Positions 1 through 9,285 of a stretch of 57,228 nt of DNA are shown here, piece after piece; positions within the stretch are counted from its first letter, which is position 1; each line of letters begins with the position of its first letter. The notes beneath the pieces were generated by a model. The model did no database searches. It saw nothing but the letters and a program-made list of their open reading frames with translations, and was not told where the DNA came from. Source of the stretch: Candidatus Heimdallarchaeota archaeon (GTDB lineage: Archaea; Asgardarchaeota; Heimdallarchaeia; Heimdallarchaeales; Heimdallarchaeaceae); NCBI GenBank assembly GCA_016840095.1, contig JAEOSZ010000052.1, positions 1-57,228 on the forward strand. Direction: 5' to 3'. Both the position numbers and the translations under genes were made by a program.

Positions 1-691
1 CTAGAAATCTAGCTATTTCTTCTATTGGAGCTTGGGTTGCTGACAAACCAATTCGAGTGATATCTTTTTCAGCGACTACCTGTTGCAAGTACTCTAGAAA
101 TAGAGAAAGCATAACTCCTCTCTTGTTCGAACTAACCTCGTGAATTTCGTCTAAAACAATCCACCTAATACTTTTCAGATGTAACGAAAACTTTGGTGAG
201 GTTAGTATTAATCCTAAACTTTCAGGTGTGGTAATAAGAATATGTGGAGGTGTTTTAAGCATTTTAGTCCTTTCAGCTTGAGTTGTATCTCCAGTTCTAA
301 CTCCTACACGAATCTTAGGAGTAATCAAATTATTTGCTGCAGCTAATTCCTGAATCCCTTGCAAAGGTTCTTCGAGATTCTTGCTAATATCATTGCCAAG
401 AGCTTTAAGTGGAGAGATATAGAGAACATAAATCTCGTCTTTAAGATTACCTTCTTTAGCCTCTATAAACAGTTCATTTATTGCTGCCAGGAAAGCAGCG
501 AAAGTTTTTCCTGATCCTGTAGAACTGAATATTAGAGTGTTCTTTCTCTCATGTATTGAAGGAATGGCATAGAGTTGAGGTGGAGTGAACCCTCCAGGAA
601 ACTTAGATGTAAACCAATCTTTTATTTCATCAGCTAAGAAAGAATAGATATCGGCTGAAGTTGATGGTTCATCTAAGTAGTGGATTGTCAT
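1..691 (-). CDS. lhr: ATP-dependent SF2 helicase, Lhr family (5' part; runs off the window)
   Basis: Not in the ORF track; my translation from ATG at 691 gives MTIHYLDEPS...FTPPQ...SSTGSGKT...YISPLKALGNDI...VLDEIH...IGLSATQ (Q motif and motifs I, Ia, II, III). Confidence 0.9.
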   Translation of the reverse strand, partial: MTIHYLDEPSTSADIYSFLADEIKDWFTSKFPGGFTPPQLYAIPSIHERKNTLIFSSTGSGKTFAAFLAAINELFIEAKEGNLKDEIYVLYISPLKALGNDISKNLEEPLQGIQELAAANNLITPKIRVGVRTGDTTQAERTKMLKTPPHILITTPESLGLILTSPKFSLHLKSIRWIVLDEIHEVSSNKRGVMLSLFLEYLQQVVAEKDITRIGLSATQAPIEEIARFL

Positions 692-763
692 TTTGATTGT
701 TTCAACAATAACTTTTCACTATATATATATCATTATTACGAATTAGTTTTAGAAGAAAAAAAA

Positions 764-1270
764 TCAATCTGATTCAAATTCTTCGCTTGCTTCTTTTCTC
801 CCCCATTCCATGACAAAAGCAGATTCTCCGTCACGATAATAGTGCTTAAACTCTCTTTTAATGTAATAGCCTAATTTTTTGTACATTTCTACAGCTGCTA
901 TATTGGAGACTCTCACTTCTAAGTAAACAGTATCTACATTATGTTCGATTAGTTTTTGCATTCCATATTTCATGATTTTGGTTCCAAGACCTTTTTTCCT
1001 ATGAGCTGGGAGAACAGCTATTGAAATCACGTGACCTTTAGATCCATTCAAACCAATAAAAGTTGAAAAAGGTCTTTCCAGTCTAGAAAGCATATAGCCT
1101 ACTACTTCTCCATCCACTTCACTCACTACGCAAGCAAAACCAAACTCTGAAAGAATCCTATAAAAGAAATCAAAAGAATAGTTTTCCGGAAGACAGAGCC
1201 TATTAATCTTTATTATGGCATTTATATCAGATAATTCTGCTAATCTAATGATTGTGCTAGATTGCTCCAT
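764..1270 (-). CDS. ard1: N-terminal protein acetyltransferase, Ard1/RimI GNAT family
   Basis: CLPENY, GHVISIAV, RKKGLG, LEVRVSN..A..MYKKLGY and YYRDGESA match Ard1/Naa10. Confidence 0.88.
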   Translation of the reverse strand: MEQSSTIIRLAELSDINAIIKINRLCLPENYSFDFFYRILSEFGFACVVSEVDGEVVGYMLSRLERPFSTFIGLNGSKGHVISIAVLPAHRKKGLGTKIMKYGMQKLIEHNVDTVYLEVRVSNIAAVEMYKKLGYYIKREFKHYYRDGESAFVMEWGRKEASEEFESD

Positions 1271-1387
1271 CTTGCAGCCTCTTATTTTACAATAACAACT
1301 CTTTTTTCAATTTTGTGTTTTGGAGATAAGAATAATCACTATTTTGATAATATATTTATAGCATAAAATTGGAAATCTCATATCACA

Positions 1388-2659
1388 ATGAAACCCACAG
1401 AAAGCCAAAACGAAGATTTTCTCCTTTCAGCTGATTTAATGAAGAAATTTCAGTACTCTGCTAGCCTGCTGAATCGTTGGCTTGAAGTATTTGGTCTAGA
1501 CCAAACACTGGAATTGCTCAATAGATTGAGATCTCCATATAGTTCAATGTGGGTTCAAGTAAATACTAGAAAAGTAGATTATTACTCACTCTTTGATATA
1601 TTTGAAGAAAGGGGGCACACTGTTCGTAAACATCCCTATTTCGATGATTTTATGGAAGTTGAAGTGCAGAAAAGAGAGTTATCTGGATACTCAAGAGATT
1701 TACCCATAATAAGAGTTGATCATGAATCCACTACAAATATTGCATTGGGGAGAGATGTTCAAACAGCAGATATCATGAATCACGATGAATTTGATGCTGG
1801 AGAAACAGTTTGTGTTGCAGACTATGTAAACAATATTCTAGCAGTCGGAAAGACTCAAGTAAAGAGCAGTGAAATAACAAAACTTACACAGAAAACTGTA
1901 GTAAAAGTAACAAGTTCTTTGGCTTATGCACCTCCAATAACAGAATTAAGAGAGTATAGGAGAGGATTTTTTAGCATATTGTCTCCTGCACAAGCAATTG
2001 GAGTTAAATCTATGGAATTTGATACCAAAGAAAATATTCTAGTTTTGTCAACAGATAAAGGGGATGTAGCAAATTACATCTCAGAAATTACTAACTACAA
2101 AGTACCAATAACTGTTGTAGCAGCAAATGAGATGCAAGTCAAAGCTCTAAAGAAAAATGTTAATAGAACAAAGAACAAAGCAATTAGAATTTTACACAGA
2201 CCATTTTCAACTTTCGTTCGTGAATTGCATGAGATAAAGTATACTTCATTTTTCTTAGAACCTCAAAACTCAAGAACAGCGGTAATTCCAGTCTTCTCCT
2301 CAAATCTAAGCACAGATAGATTACAACAATTTTCTATGAAACAACAACAGCTTATTGGAGAACTCTACAGATGTTCTCATGGTAAAGCTTCAATTACTTA
2401 CATTACTCATTCAATTGATTATTTAGAAAATGAAGAAGTATTCCAGAATACAATAAGTAAAGCATATCTAGACAATCAAGAGTTACCAAAAATAATAAAG
2501 GATCTGAAAAAATCTAAAAAAATTGTTTCAAGATCACCTCCAGAAAATTATAAGACAATAGAAAAAGAATTGAAAAAATCTACAGTATATCTTGATCCAT
2601 TAACAACAGATAATACTGGAGGATTTATAGCTAAATTTAGCTTAAAACCAAAAGAATAG
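1388..2659 (+). CDS. RsmB/NOP2/NSUN6-like RNA m5C methyltransferase homolog with PUA-like insert; catalytic cysteines absent
   Basis: VQVNTRK N-terminal motif, PUA-like segment, ENEEV and GGFIAKF C-terminus; motif IV reads EPQNS and motif VI reads THS. Confidence 0.7.
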   Translation: MKPTESQNEDFLLSADLMKKFQYSASLLNRWLEVFGLDQTLELLNRLRSPYSSMWVQVNTRKVDYYSLFDIFEERGHTVRKHPYFDDFMEVEVQKRELSGYSRDLPIIRVDHESTTNIALGRDVQTADIMNHDEFDAGETVCVADYVNNILAVGKTQVKSSEITKLTQKTVVKVTSSLAYAPPITELREYRRGFFSILSPAQAIGVKSMEFDTKENILVLSTDKGDVANYISEITNYKVPITVVAANEMQVKALKKNVNRTKNKAIRILHRPFSTFVRELHEIKYTSFFLEPQNSRTAVIPVFSSNLSTDRLQQFSMKQQQLIGELYRCSHGKASITYITHSIDYLENEEVFQNTISKAYLDNQELPKIIKDLKKSKKIVSRSPPENYKTIEKELKKSTVYLDPLTTDNTGGFIAKFSLKPKE

Positions 2660-2681
2660 AAATCAGGAAAAGTCTTAGGTC

Positions 2682-3248
2682 TTATTGTAAATGAGTGTCA
2701 AGTTCATTTACTAACCAAATGAAAGCTTCTTTTATTCCTTTACCATGAAGAATACTAGTATCAAAAACAGCAAATGTGCGATCTTTAAGATCAAGATGAA
2801 GACCAAGCATTTGAATTAATAATGGTGCCTCAACGGCTCCAGGTAAATCCTGTTTATTAGCCATGATTAGAGTAGGAACATTTTCCATATATGGATTATT
2901 GAAGACATGTGTTTTGAGAACATCTCTTGCCTCTGGTAAACGTTCGATGTCTGCAGCATCAATAACAAAAATAACAGAACTACATCCGGGATAATGTGCT
3001 TCCCATAAAAATCTGAAATGTGATTGCCCTGCTACATCGATTGCAGTTATTGTCCATCCTTCAAATTCGAACGACTCAATGTTCTGACCTATAGTTGGTG
3101 TAAGATTTTCAGCAAATTTCCCAAACCTCATATAACGAGTCAAAGTTGTTTTTCCTGCTGCGTCTAAGCCTAATATCAATATCTTAGCCTTCTGTTCCTT
3201 CTTAAGCTTAGTTCTTAACCATGAGGAAAACGACCCGAACATACTCAT
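2682..3248 (-). CDS. Arf/Arl-family small GTPase
   Basis: G1 GLDAAGKTT, switch I PTIG, G3 DVAGQ, G4 NKQD, N-terminal amphipathic helix. Confidence 0.92.
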   Translation of the reverse strand: MSMFGSFSSWLRTKLKKEQKAKILILGLDAAGKTTLTRYMRFGKFAENLTPTIGQNIESFEFEGWTITAIDVAGQSHFRFLWEAHYPGCSSVIFVIDAADIERLPEARDVLKTHVFNNPYMENVPTLIMANKQDLPGAVEAPLLIQMLGLHLDLKDRTFAVFDTSILHGKGIKEAFIWLVNELDTHLQ

Positions 3249-3595
3249 GTTGCTGACATTCCGTGTAAGTTAATCTACAATTTGTATCTATTTTATAAGT
3301 CTTATCTTCATCTTGACTATATCTGTTTTATTGGGAGTTATTTTCTTATTAAAGTTTTTCCAGATATGCAACCGTAAATAGCCCAGACTTACAGTTTCTA
3401 AATACTCTTTGGTTGCTTTCTGCTTTAGTGTCGGTATTAAAAAATTTCGATAGCTCTTCATCAAAATAAATACTGAAAAACATTATTCTTAGATTTACTT
3501 TTTTTCCTTCTAGAATTCCCATCTAACTAAATATTTTTAAAATACAACCATGGTAGGAAGATGTAACCTTTAAAAGCATATTTTGGTGGTTTACT

Positions 3596-3907
3596 ATGGC
3601 TTTAAGCGCAGACGGGGATCAAGAAAACTTGGAAATCATTTCTAAAAAAGTAGTAGTTGGTCCTGATAGACTAACACGTTTCGAAAGAGCACGTATTGTT
3701 GGTGCTCGTGCATTACAACTAAGTATGGGAGCTCCAGTACTACTCCATTTAGAAGGACTGGAAAATAAATCACCTCTTGATATCTCAGAGTTTGAGTTAA
3801 GAGCTAAGGTTTTACCGCTCAGTATCCGAAGAGAGCATCCAAACAAAACCTATCAAGTAATTCCTCTGCAAAAACTAAGAGATATTCAAGCTTTAAGAGA
3901 AATTTAA
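3596..3907 (+). CDS. rpoK: DNA-directed RNA polymerase subunit K (Rpo6)
   Basis: LTRFERARIVGARALQLSMGAP signature. Confidence 0.95.
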   Translation: MALSADGDQENLEIISKKVVVGPDRLTRFERARIVGARALQLSMGAPVLLHLEGLENKSPLDISEFELRAKVLPLSIRREHPNKTYQVIPLQKLRDIQALREI

Positions 3908-3976
3908 TCATCTATTTGCTTCTCAAAAAAGGAAACAAATAAAAAGATATGTCCAAGCATAAAGTTGAGTGATGAT

Positions 3977-4282
3977 ATGGTTAAGATACCTGAAACAATG
4001 TTCAAATACTGCCCAAAATGCGGCACACACAAAACTATGAAAGTTAGACAAGAAAAAACTGCTAGAAGAAAAGCAGGTTTCTCAGCTACAGCAAGGAAGA
4101 TGAAAATCAGAAGACGAGGGTATGGAAATCTTGGTAAATATAGTAAGAGACCTGTCACTCAAACAAAAATGGCTTCTAAAACTTCAAAGAAAGTTGATTT
4201 GCGTTTAAGCTGTGCTGACTGTGGCAAGAAATGGGTACTTTCTTATCCTAGAACTAAAAGAGTAGAGATGGTAAAGAAATAG
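3977..4282 (+). CDS. rpl44e: 50S ribosomal protein L44e (eL42)
   Basis: MVKIP...YCPKC..H...GYG...SKKVDLRLSCADCGK; ATG at 3977 preferred over TTG at 3965. Confidence 0.93.
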   Translation: MVKIPETMFKYCPKCGTHKTMKVRQEKTARRKAGFSATARKMKIRRRGYGNLGKYSKRPVTQTKMASKTSKKVDLRLSCADCGKKWVLSYPRTKRVEMVKK

Positions 4283-4382
4283 ATTATCATCAATTTTTAT
4301 CTAATTTTTCTTAATTATTTTCTCGATTTTGTAAGCTCACTTCAAAGACCTTAAAAAGACATTGAAGCCAGTTTTCAACAAT

Positions 4383-5525
4383 ATGCCAATGCTTTATGAA
4401 ATTGAAGGGAAACAACTCTTCAAAGAAAATAAAATCCCAACTCCTCTATTCAAGGCATATACTGATTCCAGTAGCATACTCCAATTTGCTGAAGAAATAG
4501 GCAGTAATGTCATGATGGCTAAAGCACAAGCACTTATTGGGAAAAGAGGTAAAGCGGGATTAATTAGAAAAGTTTCTAGTGATGAAGCTGAAGAATACAT
4601 TCAGAGTATACTAGGCAGAGATCACGGCGGGAAACCCGTTGAAATTGTTATGTTGGAACAACTACTGGAAATTGAAACTGAATACTATCTAGCAGTTATG
4701 TTAGATAATGAATCTGGAAAGTATTTGATTATCGCTAGTCCTCGAGGTGGAGTAGATATTGAGGAAGTTGCTGAAAATTATCCTGATGAGATCTTCAAGA
4801 AGTATTTACCAATTTCAGTTGAACCTTTTCCATACATGTTTGTAGATTTAGGTAAGAAGCTTGGTTTTGAAGCTAAAACTCTAACTTCGTTTACTAGTAT
4901 CATGACTAAAATGATTAACATGGCCAAAAAAAGAGACCTTACTCTAGTAGAGATTAATCCGTTAGTATTAACACCTGATAAGCAGATAATTGCTGCTGAC
5001 TCTAAAGTTGTAATAGATGGCAACTCTGATTATAGACAAGCTGATCTTGCTTCTCTCAAATCCCAAAGAGCTAGACACACAGATCTGGAGTTTGAAGCTG
5101 ATGAAGCAGGAATTAGTTATGTTCAACTAGATGGAGTTATAGGTATAATATCTGGAGGAGCAGGACTTGCAATGGCAACTTGTGATATCTTAGAATTCTT
5201 CGGTAGTTCTCCTGCAAATTTCTTAGATGTAGGTGGTGGAGCTGATGAAACAAAAATTGAAAAATCCCTGGAAATTTTATCACGACAGGATATTAAAGGA
5301 ATTTTTGTAAATTTCTTTGCAGGGATTACAAGATGTGATGATGTAGCTCAAGGGATCATAAATGCGTCAAAGAAATTTGAAATAAAGGTACCTATTGTGA
5401 TAAGATTAGTTGGAACTAATGATAAAGAAGGCATCCAAATTTTAGAAGAAAATGGAATAAAAGCATATGGTGAGATGGAACCCGCAGCAAGGAAAATCAT
5501 TGAACTTGTAAAAGGAGGAAACTAA
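4383..5525 (+). CDS. sucC: Succinyl-CoA synthetase beta subunit
   Basis: LYEIEGKQLF, KAQ..GKRGKAG, GGVDIEE, EINPL, GAGLAMAT, PANFLDVGGG; start ATG 4383 or 4389. Confidence 0.9.
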   Translation: MPMLYEIEGKQLFKENKIPTPLFKAYTDSSSILQFAEEIGSNVMMAKAQALIGKRGKAGLIRKVSSDEAEEYIQSILGRDHGGKPVEIVMLEQLLEIETEYYLAVMLDNESGKYLIIASPRGGVDIEEVAENYPDEIFKKYLPISVEPFPYMFVDLGKKLGFEAKTLTSFTSIMTKMINMAKKRDLTLVEINPLVLTPDKQIIAADSKVVIDGNSDYRQADLASLKSQRARHTDLEFEADEAGISYVQLDGVIGIISGGAGLAMATCDILEFFGSSPANFLDVGGGADETKIEKSLEILSRQDIKGIFVNFFAGITRCDDVAQGIINASKKFEIKVPIVIRLVGTNDKEGIQILEENGIKAYGEMEPAARKIIELVKGGN

Positions 5526-5526
5526 A

Positions 5527-6393
5527 ATGGCAATTCTATTAGATGAAAATACAAAAGTGATTGTGCAAGGGATAACTGGAAAACAAGGAACTTTCCATGC
5601 AAGATCAATGATAGATTATGGTACTAAGGTTGTTGCAGGCGTTACTCCCGGAAAAGGAGGACAAGAACACTTAGGAGTACCTGTTTTTGACAGTATGAAA
5701 GAAGCTGCTGAAGCTACAGGAGCTACAGCCTCAGTAATTTTCATTCCAGCAAGATTCACTTATTCCGCTGCTTTGGAAGCTATCGATGCAGGAATTAAGC
5801 TGCTCACAGTAATAACTGAAGGTGTTCCAGTTCAGGATTCTGCTAGAATAAGACAAATAGCTCTAGATAATAACGTAACCATGGTAGGTCCAAATTGCCC
5901 AGGACTAATAAGTCCAGAATTAAGCAAGATTGGTATAATCCCAGGAAAAATCTGTTCAAAGGGAAATGTTGGAATCGTAAGCAGGAGTGGAACCCTTACT
6001 TACGAGATTATTCAAAATCTAACTGTTAATGACTTAGGCCAAACAACTTGTGTAGGTTTAGGTGGTGATCCAATCAAAGGAATTGGATTTAACGAGTGTT
6101 TAACAATGTTTGAGAATGATCCACAAACTAAGCAAATTATACTTGTTGGGGAAATTGGTGGAACTGGTGAACAACAGGCTGCAGACTTAGTTAAAAAAGA
6201 GATAACTAAACCAGTTTATGCGTTTATAGCTGGACAAACAGCACCTCCTGGAAAACAAATGGGACATGCAGGAGCTATTGTTCATGGAAAATCTGGTACC
6301 GCTAAGGAAAAAATGAGAATCTTAAGCGAAGCTGGAATTACCACAGTAAAAACATCAAGTGAAATTCCTCAAAAAATAAAAGAGAATCTATGA
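5527..6393 (+). CDS. sucD: Succinyl-CoA synthetase alpha subunit
   Basis: VQGITG, GPNCPG, SRSGTLTYE, phospho-His motif MGHAGA. Confidence 0.93.
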   Translation: MAILLDENTKVIVQGITGKQGTFHARSMIDYGTKVVAGVTPGKGGQEHLGVPVFDSMKEAAEATGATASVIFIPARFTYSAALEAIDAGIKLLTVITEGVPVQDSARIRQIALDNNVTMVGPNCPGLISPELSKIGIIPGKICSKGNVGIVSRSGTLTYEIIQNLTVNDLGQTTCVGLGGDPIKGIGFNECLTMFENDPQTKQIILVGEIGGTGEQQAADLVKKEITKPVYAFIAGQTAPPGKQMGHAGAIVHGKSGTAKEKMRILSEAGITTVKTSSEIPQKIKENL

Positions 6394-6412
6394 TTCTCAT
6401 TACTTTCTATTT

Positions 6413-7609
6413 TTACAACAAAGATGAATCGAAAGTTTCCTCATATTCTAAATCAAGGATATCTTGTCCAAATCTTTTCTTTATTGAATATTTTATCCTT
6501 ATTGTTAAATCAAGACTACTGTTGAATTCGTTTTCTACAAATACTAAGGATCCACCTACAGTATTGTCACCTTCAACTTGATAAAATGAATACCAATATG
6601 CCGTTGATAGAGTTGTTCCATTTTGAATTCCTTCTACTGTAAAACACTTGAGAACCTGATTCCATGAACCATCATGTTTGAAATATATTGTAAATGGAAC
6701 AAAAACCATATCCTCTGTAACATGATAATCAGGAGATAGAAGCACAAGATTATCAATTCCTGTAGTTATTCCTTTTGTATTAATTGCTTGATCAATTACA
6801 GGTATGAATATTACTAATGCCAAGATTACTGAACAGAAAATAATCAGTTTAATTCGTTGTCTTTTCACAGTAAATAACTCAATAAACCATTTCTTAGTAT
6901 TCTCCCAACTGGTTTTGAAATATTCCTTAATTCTTACACTTAGTTCTCTCTTCTCCTTCTTTTCCAGTTCTTCCAATTTTTCTAAAACTACATCCTCTTC
7001 TTTATCTTTCTTCTTATCTGGAGCTAAAATCAGGTACGCTCCTATACCAATAATAGCTATGAGAAGAATGTATCTAACTGCAGTATTATCAGCTAACCAT
7101 AGTCTGAGATAACCAATTTTTCGTATTAGAAACACGGTTTTTCCTACAACAGCTTCGTATGGAATTAGCGTAGTTGTAGAATTATAATTATCTACATACG
7201 TGTTGGAATTGGGATTGTCCCCACTAACTCTATAATAATAGTCCATGCCTGTTGCTGTATCTATTGTAGTTATGTTGACAACTCTGTGTATAATTAGAGT
7301 ACCTCGACTCAAGGGAGTATCAGAGACATAAACAATAACATCCCCAAGTTCAATCTTTTCGGGGGCACACTTGTATATTAGAAACATGTCACCCTGATCA
7401 TAAGTAGGCCACATGCTTGATTGAGGACCATTTTCAATAACTACCAATGATAACCCAAAGATTCCTCCAAACATCATCTTGAAAATTATGAAAATTATCA
7501 AGCCAAATATGATAAGAACTGCAACTTCTTTTGCATCTATGTCACTGATAAATTTCTTTAAGTAAGATTTGGTTTTTTCCACTATTGTTTTCTCATCAGA
7601 GGAAGACAT
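6413..7609 (-). CDS. Signal peptidase I (S26B/Sec11 type) with long C-terminal extension
   Basis: SSMWPT (Ser), GDVIVY, IIHRVV (His), GDN; followed by two further TM segments and a beta-rich domain. Confidence 0.85.
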   Translation of the reverse strand: MSSSDEKTIVEKTKSYLKKFISDIDAKEVAVLIIFGLIIFIIFKMMFGGIFGLSLVVIENGPQSSMWPTYDQGDMFLIYKCAPEKIELGDVIVYVSDTPLSRGTLIIHRVVNITTIDTATGMDYYYRVSGDNPNSNTYVDNYNSTTTLIPYEAVVGKTVFLIRKIGYLRLWLADNTAVRYILLIAIIGIGAYLILAPDKKKDKEEDVVLEKLEELEKKEKRELSVRIKEYFKTSWENTKKWFIELFTVKRQRIKLIIFCSVILALVIFIPVIDQAINTKGITTGIDNLVLLSPDYHVTEDMVFVPFTIYFKHDGSWNQVLKCFTVEGIQNGTTLSTAYWYSFYQVEGDNTVGGSLVFVENEFNSSLDLTIRIKYSIKKRFGQDILDLEYEETFDSSLL

Positions 7610-7703
7610 TATGTTTAATCAGAAAAACGAGAATATAAAAATTTGGTTTTGATTTCTTGATTTATTCTCAATGTTTATTAAGAATAGTTAAGAAGTAAAC
7701 TTA

Positions 7704-8012
7704 ATGAAACAAAGACAGAGACCTGTTCCGATTAAGAGTATTAGTTTTAACTCACCTCCGAAAATTAATACTGAAGCAATGTTGGAAATTGAGGGATATC
7801 TACCTGATGCAGCATGGGAGTTACTAGAAGAACAAATATCTATAGATGAAACAGAAAAGATCATTATTGTTAGAATCATAGGCAAAAGAGATCCCCATCT
7901 GATGGCAGCTCAAGTAGTTAGAAAGTTTCAAAAAACTATACCTTTAGTTTTCAAAACTGAAGGGAAATGGAAAATCCAATGTAACGACAAAAATCTTGAA
8001 ATTGTCGTTTAA
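7704..8012 (+). CDS. Hypothetical small beta-rich protein
   Basis: 102-aa ORF with typical codon usage; no recognised catalytic motif. Confidence 0.6.
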   Translation: MKQRQRPVPIKSISFNSPPKINTEAMLEIEGYLPDAAWELLEEQISIDETEKIIIVRIIGKRDPHLMAAQVVRKFQKTIPLVFKTEGKWKIQCNDKNLEIVV

Positions 8013-8069
8013 TGAAAAATTAAGGATTTTCATACAAATCTTTTAATACACTTTAGTTTGATGTGGTTT

Positions 8070-8411
8070 ATGAGTTTTGACCGAAACAAACCACTAATTG
8101 AAATATCTCTTGAATACCTGAAAAACTTTGGAATATTGTCCCATGATCTATCAGTTGTTACAGGACCATCTAAGCATGCAATAGATTTTCTCATTATTAT
8201 TAAAGAGCTCTTAGTAGGTGTTTGGATATTAGATTGGAAAAGAAGTGTTGGAACTGATAAAATCATACATATTGAACGTTTAGTGCAAAGGTCAAACTTG
8301 AGTGGAGGATTCGTTGTTGCGAATAATTTCTCTCCAAATGCAAGAGATTTAGCTAATCAAACGGATACTCTGGAATTAATTGAAAGAGCAGAAATATTGT
8401 ATCATACTTAA
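8070..8411 (+). CDS. Mrr-like restriction-endonuclease-fold protein (degenerate)
   Basis: IDFLI...DWKRSVG...GGFVVANNFSPNARDLA resembles Mrr_cat; start ATG 8061 or 8070. Confidence 0.65.
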   Translation: MSFDRNKPLIEISLEYLKNFGILSHDLSVVTGPSKHAIDFLIIIKELLVGVWILDWKRSVGTDKIIHIERLVQRSNLSGGFVVANNFSPNARDLANQTDTLELIERAEILYHT

Positions 8412-8422
8412 AACTTGCAGAT

Positions 8423-9118
8423 TTAGTTTTGTTTGCTTCCACAACTTGGACAATAGTATGAACTTGATGGTAGCTCTTGACCACATCTAACACAGAAAAC
8501 AATCTCTCCAACTTCTTTTTGGGAGAACTTAGATAGTAATTCAAGAGATCTATGTACTAAATCAACTAAAGCCAAGTAACTATTAATTGCCAAATCTTGA
8601 TAATCTTCATCTTTAATTTTCTTAGTATCCAATACTGTTCTAGAAAAACCAAACAAGTTAGTTGGTATATTTTGAATGTTTAACTTTGTTACAGATTTAA
8701 TTTTATCAGATGACAAATCTCGAGAACCAACAATTACCAAATCCAAGTAATCTGGATAAACAAGTAAATCTCCATAACAGGCATTTATTGTAGCATCCTC
8801 TTGTATCAGTTTAACATAATCTTTAGGTTCTCCTTCAACCTCAATTTTATTTGATTTTCCAACAAACGAAATATTACCTGTTCCTGTTATTTTTGTGTCA
8901 TCTACCAACCAAAGTAAATCAGTTATGATTTTTTTTCCATCCTCATAAATTCGTGTAATCAATCGAGTTGGAATGACTTCTTGTAAATTGAAGCCATAGA
9001 ATGTATTTTTTTTATTATTTTCTAAGAAATATAAGTTGGGATGTAGAACATTACCACTAATGGTGCCTTCATAGATAGCAGTTAACGATCTAAATATGAT
9101 ATTAGTAATAGTGTCCAT
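8423..9118 (-). CDS. Hypothetical protein with C-terminal zinc ribbon
   Basis: FCVRCG...YCPSCG at the C-terminus; start uncertain (9118 vs 9184). Confidence 0.7.
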   Translation of the reverse strand: MDTITNIIFRSLTAIYEGTISGNVLHPNLYFLENNKKNTFYGFNLQEVIPTRLITRIYEDGKKIITDLLWLVDDTKITGTGNISFVGKSNKIEVEGEPKDYVKLIQEDATINACYGDLLVYPDYLDLVIVGSRDLSSDKIKSVTKLNIQNIPTNLFGFSRTVLDTKKIKDEDYQDLAINSYLALVDLVHRSLELLSKFSQKEVGEIVFCVRCGQELPSSSYYCPSCGSKQN

Positions 9119-9285
9119 TGTTCCACTTAAATAAGGACATACACTAATATAAATAATTGTTAATTTGCAAATCTGACACTTCATTGATAATCGATTGTTA
9201 GAACCCGTTAAGACTATCGCTACTTTTTTAAGTCTGGTTTGGCTATTTTGTTTTGATTACCTTATAATCAAGGGTGAATGAAAAA

